The notes under the pieces are model-generated. The model had not been told where the DNA came from. It saw only the letters and a program-made list of their open reading frames with translations, and did no database searches. Position numbers and translations under genes: made by a program. Source: an uncultured Dehalococcoidia bacterium (GTDB taxonomy: Bacteria; Chloroflexota; Dehalococcoidia; Lucifugimonadales; G958296245). Taken from it: a DNA stretch of 64,000 nt. Shown here in pieces: positions 44,704-53,672 of the stretch (the stretch's first letter is position 1; each line of letters begins with the position of its first letter). Location of the stretch: positions 1,260,777-1,324,776 of the forward strand of contig OY282458.1 of assembly GCA_958296245.1 (NCBI GenBank). Reading direction: 5' to 3'.

Positions 44704-44780
44704 CTTGATTCCTTCTCCCGCTCACCCCACAGCGGCCCTGTAAAAGCCCGGTATTTATGCGGCGGCCTTCCGGGCCTCGC

Positions 44781-44810
44781 TTGACCGCCGCATTTTCGTC
44801 ATGCTACCAT
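44781..44810 (+). promoter_or_regulatory. Candidate promoter for the iscA-like gene
   Basis: TTGACC - 18 nt - TACCAT, followed by a perfect 8-bp hairpin at 44819-44840 and AGGAGG before GTG 44880. Confidence 0.25.
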
Positions 44811-44879
44811 CCCTAGAACCTGAGGTGAACGGACCTCAGGATATACTAGGGAGTTCTGACACTCTCAGGAGGCAACCCG

Positions 44880-45290
44880 GTGACCACAACCAAGCTTATT
44901 GAAGTGACCCCTCTCGCTGCTTCCAAGCTGAATGAGGTACTGAAGGACCAGGGCGACGAGGGATCGATGCTCAGGATTATGGTCACGCCCGGCGGCCACG
45001 GCGGCTTTCAGTACATGCTCGGCGTCGAAAAGGAGCCGGCCGAGGACGACGTGGTGATCCAAGCCCAGGACGTCCGCGTCGTGGTGGACCCGGACAGCGT
45101 AGCACTGGTCGAAGGGTCCGAGATCGACTACATAGAGGGCCTGATGCGAAGCGGGTTCGTCATCAGCAATCCCAACGCGGCCGGCGGTTGCGGCGGCGGC
45201 GGTGGTTGCGGTTGCGGCGGCGGCGGTGGTGGTTGCGGTTGCGGCGGCGGTGGCGGTGGTGGTTGCGGCTGTGGCGGCGGCGGCCACTGA
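44880..45290 (+). CDS. HesB/IscA-family Fe-S cluster insertion protein with atypical Gly/Cys-repeat C-terminus
   Basis: ..LRIMVTPGGHGGFQYMLGVE.., ..VDPDSVALVEGSEIDY.., ..GFVISNPNA.. then GGCGGGGGCGCGGGGGGCGCGGGGGGGCGCGGGGH. Confidence 0.8.
   Translation: MTTTKLIEVTPLAASKLNEVLKDQGDEGSMLRIMVTPGGHGGFQYMLGVEKEPAEDDVVIQAQDVRVVVDPDSVALVEGSEIDYIEGLMRSGFVISNPNAAGGCGGGGGCGCGGGGGGCGCGGGGGGGCGCGGGGH
45182..45287 (+). repeat. GGY/TGC codon tandem repeat encoding (Gn-CGC)n
   Basis: ggttgcggttgcggcggcggcggtggt-type units repeated about 3 times. Confidence 0.85.
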
Positions 45291-45405
45291 GGCGAGGCTA
45301 AGCCGGAAACGGTGTAACGAACAGGCGGGGCGCGCTCGCCCTGCTTCTCTTAACGCCCGCCGACACACTCCTGTCTGAGACCTGTCAGGCCTTGGAGTCC
45401 CTGGG

Positions 45406-46116
45406 ATGATTCTGACTGCCCTAGATCAGATCATCTCCTCCCCGTTGGATGGCGCCGTCACCCTTGGCGTCTTCTCATTCGCCCTGCTACTTGGGCTTAC
45501 CTTCCACGAGTTCAGCCACGCCGTCGCGGCCACCCTGCTTGGAGACCCCACCCCCAGGCACAACGGCAGGCTATCGCTGAATCCTCTGGCGCATCTGGAG
45601 GTCGTCGGGACCGCGATGATCTTCCTGGCAGGGTTTGGTTGGGCGAAGCCTGTGCCAATCGATCCCGGGCGCCTCAAGGCCGGCGCCCGGACGGGCATGG
45701 CTCTCGTTGCGGGCGCCGGCCCACTGGCCAACATAATGCTGGCCGTACTAGCCGCCGCACCGATCAACGCCGGAATCGCGGCCAAACAGGCGGTGGGCTT
45801 CACGCTCTTTCGGGGACAGATGGACGACCTCGGGGGCTACGTGGTGGGATCGGTCGTGTTCTGGAACCTGCTGCTGGCCTCATTCAACCTGCTCCCCATC
45901 GCTCCCCTCGACGGCTTCAAGGCCGCCCTTGGCATCCTCCCCGGACGGGCAGCCGCACTGTTCGCGCGTCTGGAAAATTTCGGCCCGGGAATACTGCTGC
46001 TCCTCGTTGCGTCGACCCTGATGTTGCCGGGAACCCCCGTGCTGGTGTTGATCATACGTCCGATCCTGAACACACTGGGCGCGCTCGTGCTGGGTGGGTC
46101 TTCTATATGGGGGTGA
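45406..46116 (+). CDS. Site-2 protease (M50) family zinc metalloprotease
   Basis: HEFSH zinc motif (TFHEFSHAVAA) and NLLPIAPLDG second motif. Polytopic. Confidence 0.8.
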   Translation: MILTALDQIISSPLDGAVTLGVFSFALLLGLTFHEFSHAVAATLLGDPTPRHNGRLSLNPLAHLEVVGTAMIFLAGFGWAKPVPIDPGRLKAGARTGMALVAGAGPLANIMLAVLAAAPINAGIAAKQAVGFTLFRGQMDDLGGYVVGSVVFWNLLLASFNLLPIAPLDGFKAALGILPGRAAALFARLENFGPGILLLLVASTLMLPGTPVLVLIIRPILNTLGALVLGGSSIWG

Positions 46117-46187
46117 TTGACCACGTACGGGAGTATCCGTACAATCGCCCTCAACGGTCATGAGTTCTACGGACTACCGGAGCCAAT

Positions 46188-46970
46188 ATGAGGAATGCCG
46201 ATCAGATGGACATAAGCCAAGCGCTGGAAGACCTCGCGGCGACCGAGAATGCCCTGCCTGAACAGCACAAGGCAGAGCTGGACGAGAAGGGGTATACGGT
46301 ACTGCCCGGCGTCATGGATGGGCCGTGGCTCGCGGCGCTGCGGGAGCAGTTCGAAAGCCTATGCGAGGCGGAGGGTATCGCCGCAGGGATCGAAGTCCAT
46401 CAGGAAGCGGGCACGCGGCGTCTCGCGGACCTGGTGAACAAGAGCCCGGTCTTCGACGGCGTCTACACCCACCCGACGGTGCTCGCCGCAGTCCACCACG
46501 TTATCGGGCGCGCTTTCAAGCTGTCGTCGCTGAACGCACGGGATGCCCTACCCGGCGAAGGCCACCAGGAGCTGCATACGGACTGGCCTTCGGACTACGA
46601 CGGGCGCTTCCACGTATGTAATTCGATCTGGCTGCTTGACGATTTCACTGAGGAGAACGGCTGCACGCGTCTCGTCCCGGGCACGCATCGAGGCAAACAC
46701 CCGGGCAACGTCCTCGAAGACCCAACGGCGCCCCACCCGGAGGAGGAGCACCTGGTCGCGCCTGCCGGTACCGTCGCCGTGTTCAACAGCCATATTTGGC
46801 ATGGGGGCACCCGGAACCGGAGCAAAGGCGGCAAGCGGCGCGCGCTGCATTGCTACTTCGCTGCGCGGGAGCACCCGCAGCAGCTTGATCAGGGCGAGTA
46901 CCTGCGCTACGAGACGTGGAAGCGTATGTCCAGGGCCGTGCGTTACATCCTAGACGTCGACGTGGACTAG
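46188..46970 (+). CDS. Phytanoyl-CoA dioxygenase (PhyH) family protein
   Basis: ..ELHTDWPSD.. and ..IWHGGTRNRS... Confidence 0.75.
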   Translation: MRNADQMDISQALEDLAATENALPEQHKAELDEKGYTVLPGVMDGPWLAALREQFESLCEAEGIAAGIEVHQEAGTRRLADLVNKSPVFDGVYTHPTVLAAVHHVIGRAFKLSSLNARDALPGEGHQELHTDWPSDYDGRFHVCNSIWLLDDFTEENGCTRLVPGTHRGKHPGNVLEDPTAPHPEEEHLVAPAGTVAVFNSHIWHGGTRNRSKGGKRRALHCYFAAREHPQQLDQGEYLRYETWKRMSRAVRYILDVDVD

Positions 46971-46989
46971 GGCAGCGCGCAATCTCGCC

Positions 46990-47019
46990 TTGACGCTCCG
47001 CCGCGGCCCTAACTACAAT
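46990..47019 (+). promoter_or_regulatory. Candidate promoter of tRNA-Lys
   Basis: TTGACG - 18 nt - TACAAT. The -10 ends 36 nt before the tRNA 5' end. Confidence 0.45.
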
Positions 47020-47055
47020 GAGACTCGCCAGCCCCCCGCGCCGTTCGGTACTCTT

Positions 47056-47131
<76 letters not shown>

Positions 47132-47174
47132 AACCGGACGCAGCCCACCTGACCGCCTTTGTTCAGACGATTCC

Positions 47175-47822
47175 TCATCGACTGAGAAACTCCATCAGGG
47201 CGTTGGCGATAACCACGTGTCCGGTGTGATTCGGGTGGACCGGCTCGGGGCAGAACGTACTGGGCGGCCGATACCTGAGATGTTCCTGAAAGACATCGTG
47301 TAGATTGAGGAACAAAGTATCGTATTCGGCGCTCATCTCTTCTACGACGTCGACGTACTGGGGAATCATGCGGAGTACTGCGCCTTCGACCTCGTCGTCC
47401 AAGTTGGCCGAGATGTAGAACGGAGTTACAAGGAGGATTGGAATTTCTCCGAGGGCCTGACGCGTAGAGGTCAATATCTCGTCGAAGTTCCTCCTGTACC
47501 GATCGGGCGGTACACCGTCGGGGTCACGTCGAAGGAAGCTGTGCAGGTCGTTTATTCCAATCTTGATCGAGAGACGGTCCGGCCTGTGGTTGATCACGTG
47601 GGCCAGCCAACGTTCCCTCAAGTGGGTGGTCCGATTGCCCCCGATACCCATGTTGAGCCACTCGATGTTTCGCTCCGGGTACCTTGCAGTAGCAAGCTCC
47701 GCGAATATGCTCACGTACCCGTCGCCGAGGGGAATGGCGCGGTCACGCCGTCCACAGTCGGTGATGCTGTCGCCGATGAGCAGCATCTTCTCGCCGTCCT
47801 GAATCCAGAAGTCGCCCATCAT
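47175..47822 (-). CDS. SGNH/GDSL hydrolase family protein
   Basis: Block I LLIGDSITDCGR. Blocks III/V are plausible (..GINDL.., ..HPNHTGH..). Confidence 0.75.
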   Translation of the reverse strand: MMGDFWIQDGEKMLLIGDSITDCGRRDRAIPLGDGYVSIFAELATARYPERNIEWLNMGIGGNRTTHLRERWLAHVINHRPDRLSIKIGINDLHSFLRRDPDGVPPDRYRRNFDEILTSTRQALGEIPILLVTPFYISANLDDEVEGAVLRMIPQYVDVVEEMSAEYDTLFLNLHDVFQEHLRYRPPSTFCPEPVHPNHTGHVVIANALMEFLSR

Positions 47823-47870
47823 TTCCCCTTGATCCCTGCGGCGTAGCCGCGCTATCCGCCGGCCCCGTAC

Positions 47871-47890
47871 TCCTCTCGACTGGCGCAGCC
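47871..47890 (-). repeat. Isolated inverted copy of the 20-nt 3' core (GCTGCGCCAGTCGARARGGA) of the intergenic repeat
   Basis: The reverse complement ggctgcgccagtcgagagga matches 19631-19650 and 44494-44513 with 2 mismatches. Confidence 0.6.
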
Positions 47891-47918
47891 CGTCAGGTAT
47901 GGGCAGCGCCCGGATAGG

Positions 47919-49445
47919 CTACCTGCTCTCCAGGTACAGCGGGGCGAGCATGTTGTCCACCGGGACGTAGTCGTCGGTCAGGACCACGCCCGGGTCCTCC
48001 TTCAGCCACAGTGCGAAGTCGGCGCCCGGCATCAGCTCGGTAGTGGACGCCCTGCCGGCCCGATTAGCTGCGCTGTTCAGGTCGTAGGCGGTGAAGGGCT
48101 GGTTGGCCCCGGCGATGACGTAGGTGTGCCGGCTGGGACTGTCCCAATTCGAGTCGCCGCGTATGACGTAGACGTAATCGAACGTCTCCTTGAGGGTCGA
48201 CGCAAACGAGCGGAGGAACCGGCCGTCCTGACGCTCGTCCACGACGTTTGCCACGTAGATCCCGTCCTCCTTCAGCAGCGCCGCGACATCTTCGTTGAAC
48301 TCCTTCGTCGTGAGGTGGTACGGCACGGACAGGTCGTTGAAGGCGTCGCCCACGACGAGGTCGTACTTGTCGTGAGGGAGCCGGGGTATCTTCATCCGCG
48401 CGTCCTCGTTGTAGCTGATGATGCCGGTGTCCGGTCGTAGGCCGAACTGTTCGAGGGCGACCTCCGTCACCGCCGGGTCTATCTCGATCACCTCGAGCGT
48501 GCTTTCCGGGTAAGTATGCTCGAGGTACCGCGGCATCGTGTAGCCGCCCCCGCCGATGAACAGCACCCTCATCCCGGGCTCCGTCTCCGCTATGTAGTCG
48601 GCCATGTCGGCAAACACCTTCTCGTAGGTGTACACCAGGTGCGCCGGATCGCTCAGGTCGGTGAAGCTGTGCCTGAGCGCGTCCAGGGTCAGGATGCGAA
48701 TCTCCCGACCGTCGCGCACCTCGTCCTTCACCTTGATGCAGAAGTAGGCGCTCTCCTCCAGGCAAGGGGACCCCAACGCGCTCCTGGCAAACCCGATTCC
48801 CACGAGGCCAGCGACTACCGCCAGCAGAGCTACGCCCACCGGGGCTATGTTGCGCGTCCCGGGGCGCCAGAGGTTGCCAAGGGCGAGGGCGAGGAGGACG
48901 AGCACAAGCGACACGACGACGAGTATCGTCCGCGTGCCCCACCACTGGATGAGCACGAATCCGGTCAGAAAGGTGCCCAGGATGCTGCCCGCGGTGGACA
49001 GAGCGTATATCCTGCCCACCACGTTGCCGGTCTTCTGGAGGTCTTTCAGCTCCAGCTTGATCACCACCGGCGTGACCATCCCCAGGATGATGCTCGGCGC
49101 GATGAAGAGCGACGTCACGATCAGGACGATGCGGGGGAGTATGGGGACGCTGTCGAACAGGTCGGCGACCGCCGCGAATATGGGCAGGATCGCGAGGCTC
49201 GATATGCCCCCGGCCAGCAGTATCAGGCCCAACGTGGTCGGGTGCGGCCTCCAGTCGGCGATCCGCCCCCCCAGGTAGTTGCCCAGGCTGATGCCCGCTA
49301 GTACGATGCCTATGATGCTCGTCCAAGTATAGAGCGATACCCCGATCACCGGCGCCAGGATCCTGCCGGCGACGATCTCGATGACCAGGATGCACGCGCT
49401 GGCCGTGAATACTACGACGTAAGGCTTGAGCGACGCGATTGACAT
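47919..49445 (-). CDS. Fused membrane domain / spermidine synthase-like (polyamine aminopropyltransferase fold) protein
   Basis: 508 aa. N-terminal ~200 aa polytopic. C-terminal ..VLFIGGGGYTMPRY..IEIDP.V......F.. ..DLVVGDAFND... Confidence 0.75.
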   Translation of the reverse strand: MSIASLKPYVVVFTASACILVIEIVAGRILAPVIGVSLYTWTSIIGIVLAGISLGNYLGGRIADWRPHPTTLGLILLAGGISSLAILPIFAAVADLFDSVPILPRIVLIVTSLFIAPSIILGMVTPVVIKLELKDLQKTGNVVGRIYALSTAGSILGTFLTGFVLIQWWGTRTILVVVSLVLVLLALALGNLWRPGTRNIAPVGVALLAVVAGLVGIGFARSALGSPCLEESAYFCIKVKDEVRDGREIRILTLDALRHSFTDLSDPAHLVYTYEKVFADMADYIAETEPGMRVLFIGGGGYTMPRYLEHTYPESTLEVIEIDPAVTEVALEQFGLRPDTGIISYNEDARMKIPRLPHDKYDLVVGDAFNDLSVPYHLTTKEFNEDVAALLKEDGIYVANVVDERQDGRFLRSFASTLKETFDYVYVIRGDSNWDSPSRHTYVIAGANQPFTAYDLNSAANRAGRASTTELMPGADFALWLKEDPGVVLTDDYVPVDNMLAPLYLESR

Positions 49446-49782
49446 TTAAGCTGTCTCCCTCCCTGCCGTCCTTCCCGTGAAGGCGGGGATCCGTCCCAAT
49501 GGCTCGGGCCAGGCATCCTGCCTTCCGCCTCGGCCCGGCAGCCGCGCCGCCCATGCGGGCGCGGCTCGCAGAGCAATGATAGCCTAAAGTGCCGGGTAGT
49601 AATATACTCATCCAAGAATCCATCACCGCCATCGGTACGGGAATCGGTATGAGGCGCCGCGCCGCAAGGCGGTGTGCAACCCTCCCCCCTGCCGCAGGAC
49701 GCCGCCGCCATTTCACCCCCGGCGTGCTGGCCGCCTGCATGAGCGATAACACGTCCAAGCGCAGCCCAAGGAGGACCCCGCT

Positions 49783-50949
49783 ATGAAAGTCACCCGGATA
49801 AAGACGTTCCACGTCGCCGGAGAGAACGAGCGCAGCTACTTCATCGTCAAGGTGGAGACCGACGCCGGGGTCCACGGATTGGGCGAGTCCGGCGCGCTCT
49901 TCTGGGGGCCGGCCATCGAGAAGGCGGTCGAGCACCTCTCGGAGCTGGTCGTCGGCCAAGACCCGTTCAGCACCGAGAGGCTGTGGCAGCACATGTTCAG
50001 AGGCGGCTTCTTCCCCGCCGGACTGGTCTATAGCTGCGCCATAAGCGCCATCGACGTCGCGCTCTGGGACATCAAGGGCAAGGCGCTGGGTATGCCGGTG
50101 TACAAGCTGCTGGGAGGGCCGGTCCGCGATAAGGTCGTCTGCTACCCGCACACGCAGGGCGAGGACCTCGGCGAGTTGGTCGAGAACAGCCTCAAAGCCG
50201 TGGACGAGGGGTGGAAGTTCGTGCGGTGGGGCCAGCCCGAGACCTCGCCGAGGTGGGAGGAAAAGGAGGAGGGCCGCCTTGAGCCGGTCCACTCCATGGA
50301 CGCCGCCGAGGAGCAGATGGCCCGCGTGCGGGAGGCCGTGGGCCCGGACATACAGATATGCTTCGACGTGCATACCAGGCTCGACACCGCCCACGCAGTC
50401 TCCCTATGCGGCCGGCTGGAGAGGTACAGACCCTTCTTCATCGAGGACCCGCTGCGCTCCGAGAACCCGGCGAGCTACCGGACGCTCGCGCGGCACGTCA
50501 GGTTGCCCATAGCGGCCGGCGAGCAGTGGTCGAGCAAATGGCACTTCAGGGAGGTCATAGAGGAGGAACTGATCAGCTACGCTAGGATAGACGTCTGCAA
50601 CGTCGGCGGCCTGACCGAGGCGCTCAAGGTCGCCCACTGGTGCGAGACCCACTACATAGACATCGCTCCCCACAACCCACTCGGCCCCGTGAGCGCCGCC
50701 GCGTGCGTCGCCCTCTGCATGGCCACGACCAACGTCGGCGTGCAGGAGATGCCGCGCAGGCCGGGAACTACGGACACCGCCGTCTTCCCGCAGCAGATCG
50801 GATGGATGGACGGCTACGCCTTCGCGCCGGACGCGCCCGGCCTCGGCGTCGAGATGGACGAGGCAGCCGCAGAGGCGGCGCGCACCGCAAAGCCGGGCGG
50901 CTGGCCGCCGCTGCTGCGCCGCAACGACGGGGCGTTTACGAACTGGTAG
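49783..50949 (+). CDS. Enolase superfamily (mandelate racemase/D-galactonate dehydratase-like) enzyme
   Basis: MKVTRIKTFHV.., ..ALWDIKGKALGMPVYKLLGG.., ..FFIEDP.., ..AGEQW... Confidence 0.85.
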   Translation: MKVTRIKTFHVAGENERSYFIVKVETDAGVHGLGESGALFWGPAIEKAVEHLSELVVGQDPFSTERLWQHMFRGGFFPAGLVYSCAISAIDVALWDIKGKALGMPVYKLLGGPVRDKVVCYPHTQGEDLGELVENSLKAVDEGWKFVRWGQPETSPRWEEKEEGRLEPVHSMDAAEEQMARVREAVGPDIQICFDVHTRLDTAHAVSLCGRLERYRPFFIEDPLRSENPASYRTLARHVRLPIAAGEQWSSKWHFREVIEEELISYARIDVCNVGGLTEALKVAHWCETHYIDIAPHNPLGPVSAAACVALCMATTNVGVQEMPRRPGTTDTAVFPQQIGWMDGYAFAPDAPGLGVEMDEAAAEAARTAKPGGWPPLLRRNDGAFTNW

Positions 50950-51012
50950 ACGGGAAAGAATGCAGGTGCTAAGGTTGGCGCGTTCATTGAAACTCGGCTA
51001 GGAGATGCTTTC

Positions 51013-51933
51013 ATGACCGACATGAGAGCCTACGAGGACAATCTCATTCCACCTAGATCGGACGGTCTGACCGGCAGCATCACTTGGCGGTCAGAGGATG
51101 GCGAGTCCTATGTGTACTACGGGGACAGCCTGGAGTTCATGGCCGCCATGCCCGAGGGTAGCGTTGATTGTGTGTGGACGGACCCGCCGTACTTCCTGTC
51201 CAACGACGGCATCACATGCGTTGCGGGCCGGATGGTGCAGGTCAACAAGGGAGAGTGGGATAGAAGCCAAGGCCTCGAGAACGATCATGCGTTCAATCGC
51301 GAGTGGCTGTCTCAATGCTACCGCGTCCTCAAGCCCGCGGGTACGATCTGGGTCACAGGCACACTCCACGTCTATCTCAGCGTGGGCATGGCGATGCTCC
51401 AGACAGGCTACCGCATCCTCAACGATATAATTTGGCAGAAGCCGAACCCCCCGCCCAATCTCGGCTGTCGGTGCTTCACCCATTCGACGGAGACCGTTCT
51501 ATGGGCGACAAAGGCTCGGAAGGGTAGCAAGCACCGCTATACCTTCCACTATGAACGGATGCGTGAGGAAAACGGTGGGAAGCAGATGAAGAACGTCTGG
51601 CAGTTCCCACCAGCAGGGCGGGCTGAGAAGAGATACGGCAAACACCCTACCCAGAAGCCCGTTGCCTTGATCGAGCGCTGCCTTCGGGCTAGCACGAACC
51701 AGAGGGACTTGATATTAGACCCATTCGCGGGATCGGGCTCGACCGGAGTCGCCGCACTCGGAATGGGGCGCAAATTCATCGGCTGCGAGCGACAACAGGA
51801 GTACGTACAGCTCACAACCAGACGTATGGAAGCTGTTACTGGGTATACTCCAGAGCCCGTATATGTGAATGGCTCTAGCCAACTTCCACAACCCAGGCTC
51901 TTGGAGTCCAAGGCCAAGCTGTCAGGGGGATAG
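51013..51933 (+). CDS. Beta-class DNA methyltransferase (N6-adenine or N4-cytosine)
   Basis: Motif IV VWTDPPYFLSNDG is N-terminal and motif I ILDPFAGSGSTGVAA is C-terminal, which is the beta-class order. Confidence 0.85.
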   Translation: MTDMRAYEDNLIPPRSDGLTGSITWRSEDGESYVYYGDSLEFMAAMPEGSVDCVWTDPPYFLSNDGITCVAGRMVQVNKGEWDRSQGLENDHAFNREWLSQCYRVLKPAGTIWVTGTLHVYLSVGMAMLQTGYRILNDIIWQKPNPPPNLGCRCFTHSTETVLWATKARKGSKHRYTFHYERMREENGGKQMKNVWQFPPAGRAEKRYGKHPTQKPVALIERCLRASTNQRDLILDPFAGSGSTGVAALGMGRKFIGCERQQEYVQLTTRRMEAVTGYTPEPVYVNGSSQLPQPRLLESKAKLSGG

Positions 51934-51935
51934 AG

Positions 51936-52547
51936 ATGGAGAGACCCGAAGCCATACGCCGCATACGTGAACTGAAGGGGGAGAATCTCCGCGCTCTGGC
52001 TGACGAGCACGGGATAACCGTCTTCAAGAAAGGCAAGTTGAACAAGGGTTGGGCGGGACAGACTATGGAGCGGTGTCTGGGTCTACCTCTGAGCTCGTCT
52101 CGTAATCCTAACGCCGGCTCCTGGGAGTTGAAGGTTGTTCCTCTGAGGTATCGTAGGGATGGCAAGCTTGTCCCTAAGGAGACAATGTGGATTACGTCGA
52201 TCACCCCTCGGGATGTGGCAGGCTGCCCATTCAAACGCAGCCATCTCCTGGGAAAACTGGCGAAGATGCTTATCGTGGGCAGAGTATTCGAAAGCAAGGA
52301 AGAAACGCACTCAGTTATCTATGGCGCGGCCTCCTTCGACCTTGACGATGCTGACATGTACCAGTTGGTGAAGGCTGACTACGACTTGGTTAGAAAGGCT
52401 ATCCGAACAACCGGATTCGAATCGCTGACTGGCAGAATGGGAGTGTTGATCCAGCCTCGGACCAAAGGGGTAGGGCACGGCAGTACTACAAGAGCGTTCT
52501 ATGCAAGGAAGGCATTTATATCACACGTGTTTGGACTGCGTCTGTGA
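51936..52547 (+). CDS. MutH/Sau3AI (MvaI/BcnI-related) family type II restriction endonuclease
   Basis: ..NKGWAGQTMERCLG..(13)..WELKVVPL..G...KETMWITSI.., ..GVLIQPRTKG....RAFYARKAF.. parallels E. coli MutH ..DKGWIGVLLEIWLG..GVELKTIPV..ETTFVCV....YLQIRPKA...RGFYLKKNF (recalled). Starts 2 nt after the MTase stop. Confidence 0.75.
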   Translation: MERPEAIRRIRELKGENLRALADEHGITVFKKGKLNKGWAGQTMERCLGLPLSSSRNPNAGSWELKVVPLRYRRDGKLVPKETMWITSITPRDVAGCPFKRSHLLGKLAKMLIVGRVFESKEETHSVIYGAASFDLDDADMYQLVKADYDLVRKAIRTTGFESLTGRMGVLIQPRTKGVGHGSTTRAFYARKAFISHVFGLRL

Positions 52548-52576
52548 CTGCTCCGTTTGCTTTGTCACTCCAGAAT

Positions 52577-52759
52577 CTATTCCTCTAGCATATCCGCTAT
52601 GAACTGGATTGCTTCTGAGTCTTCCTTGTGTTCCCTCAAGAGCTCTACCACCTGATTTCCTTGATACACTCCGGGCTTAACGCGTTCGTAAATCGGTTCA
52701 GGACTCTCGCCATGCTCCGCAGGATCGGGTATAGATAGTTCCAGCCAACGGTCTTCCAT
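52577..52759 (-). CDS. Small acidic hypothetical protein
   Basis: 60 aa. GGAGG lies 9 nt upstream of the ATG. A/T-richer region, convergent with the nuclease gene. Confidence 0.4.
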   Translation of the reverse strand: MEDRWLELSIPDPAEHGESPEPIYERVKPGVYQGNQVVELLREHKEDSEAIQFIADMLEE

Positions 52760-52838
52760 TTGTAGTTTCCTCCATCTCTTCGGGAGACCATAGCACTCGC
52801 GTTCTTACACGTCAAGTAGACATACAGGAGCAAGCGCC

Positions 52839-53579
52839 ATGGCCACGACACCCACAGCCCTGACCCCGAGCGGGCCTCCTCAGGCCGAAGAGGTCTTCTA
52901 CCCCGAAACGGACGGTATGCCATTGGCAGACGGATTTGAGCAGGGGCCGCATTTTAGAGACGCCTTTTCTACACTGAGCGTGCGCCTGGGCGGCCCGACG
53001 ACCGCGGTCAGCGGTAACTCCTTCGTCTACTACGTCGAGGGCGACCCCGGGAAACGGGTAGCCCCCGACTGCTACGTTGCCTTTGGGGTCGACGTGGAGT
53101 CCATCAGACGGTTCAACAACTACAGGGTGTGGGAGGTGGGCAAGGCCCCCGACTTCATACTGGAGATAGGGTCGCCTTCGACCGCGTCCAACGACATAGG
53201 CCCCAAGCGCGGCCTGTACGCGAGTCTGGGCGTCAAGGAGTACTGGCGTTTCGATCCCACGGGCGGCGACCACTACGGCGAGCCGCTGGTGGGCGAGTAT
53301 CTGGTGGATGGCGAATACCGCCGGTTCGAGGTGAGCAGCGAGCCGGACGGCGGGGCGCGGGGTCGCAGCCCGCTGTTGGGCTTGGACCTGTGCTGGCAGG
53401 AAGGCCGTCTGCGCTTCTACGTTCCGGCGGCGGGCCGCTGGCTGGAGAACCATGCCGAGGCCGCTGCGCGCGCCAATGCTGAGCGCGCCGCCCGCGAGAC
53501 CGCCGAAGCCCGCGCTGAGACCGCCGAAGCCCGCCTGGCCGAGATGAGAGCCGAGCTGCGGCGGCTGCGCGGCGAATAG
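52839..53579 (+). CDS. Uma2 (DUF820) family PD-(D/E)XK endonuclease with C-terminal coiled-coil
   Basis: ..YPETDGMPLADG.., ..PDCYVAFG.., ..APDFILEIGSPST.., ..K...YA.LGVKEYWRFDP.. The tail is ..AERAARETAEARAETAEARLAEMRAELRRLRGE. Confidence 0.8.
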   Translation: MATTPTALTPSGPPQAEEVFYPETDGMPLADGFEQGPHFRDAFSTLSVRLGGPTTAVSGNSFVYYVEGDPGKRVAPDCYVAFGVDVESIRRFNNYRVWEVGKAPDFILEIGSPSTASNDIGPKRGLYASLGVKEYWRFDPTGGDHYGEPLVGEYLVDGEYRRFEVSSEPDGGARGRSPLLGLDLCWQEGRLRFYVPAAGRWLENHAEAAARANAERAARETAEARAETAEARLAEMRAELRRLRGE

Positions 53580-53672
53580 GCCGGCCCCTCCGTCCCCTTG
53601 GGCCTGTCGAAGGCCATGCCTTCTTAGGCGTCCATGATCGGGCGCCATGATACAATCCGGCGCGCACAGGCC

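Noticed and set aside
44561-44743. 60-aa ORF
   Set aside because: It lies entirely over the 5S rRNA gene and its promoter, and the region is explained by the RNA.
48064-50394. 776-aa minus-strand ORF, the longest unexplained ORF in the track
   Set aside because: It runs out of frame through the spermidine-synthase-like gene, an intergenic region, and antisense to the enolase gene at 49783-50949. Its translation is Arg/Gly/Pro/His-rich low complexity, typical of shadow ORFs in high-GC DNA.
53497-53535. Short tandem repeat gagaccgccgaagcccgc x2 in the Uma2 gene
   Set aside because: It simply encodes a heptad-like coiled-coil duplication (ETAEARA/ETAEARL), with no evidence of independent function.
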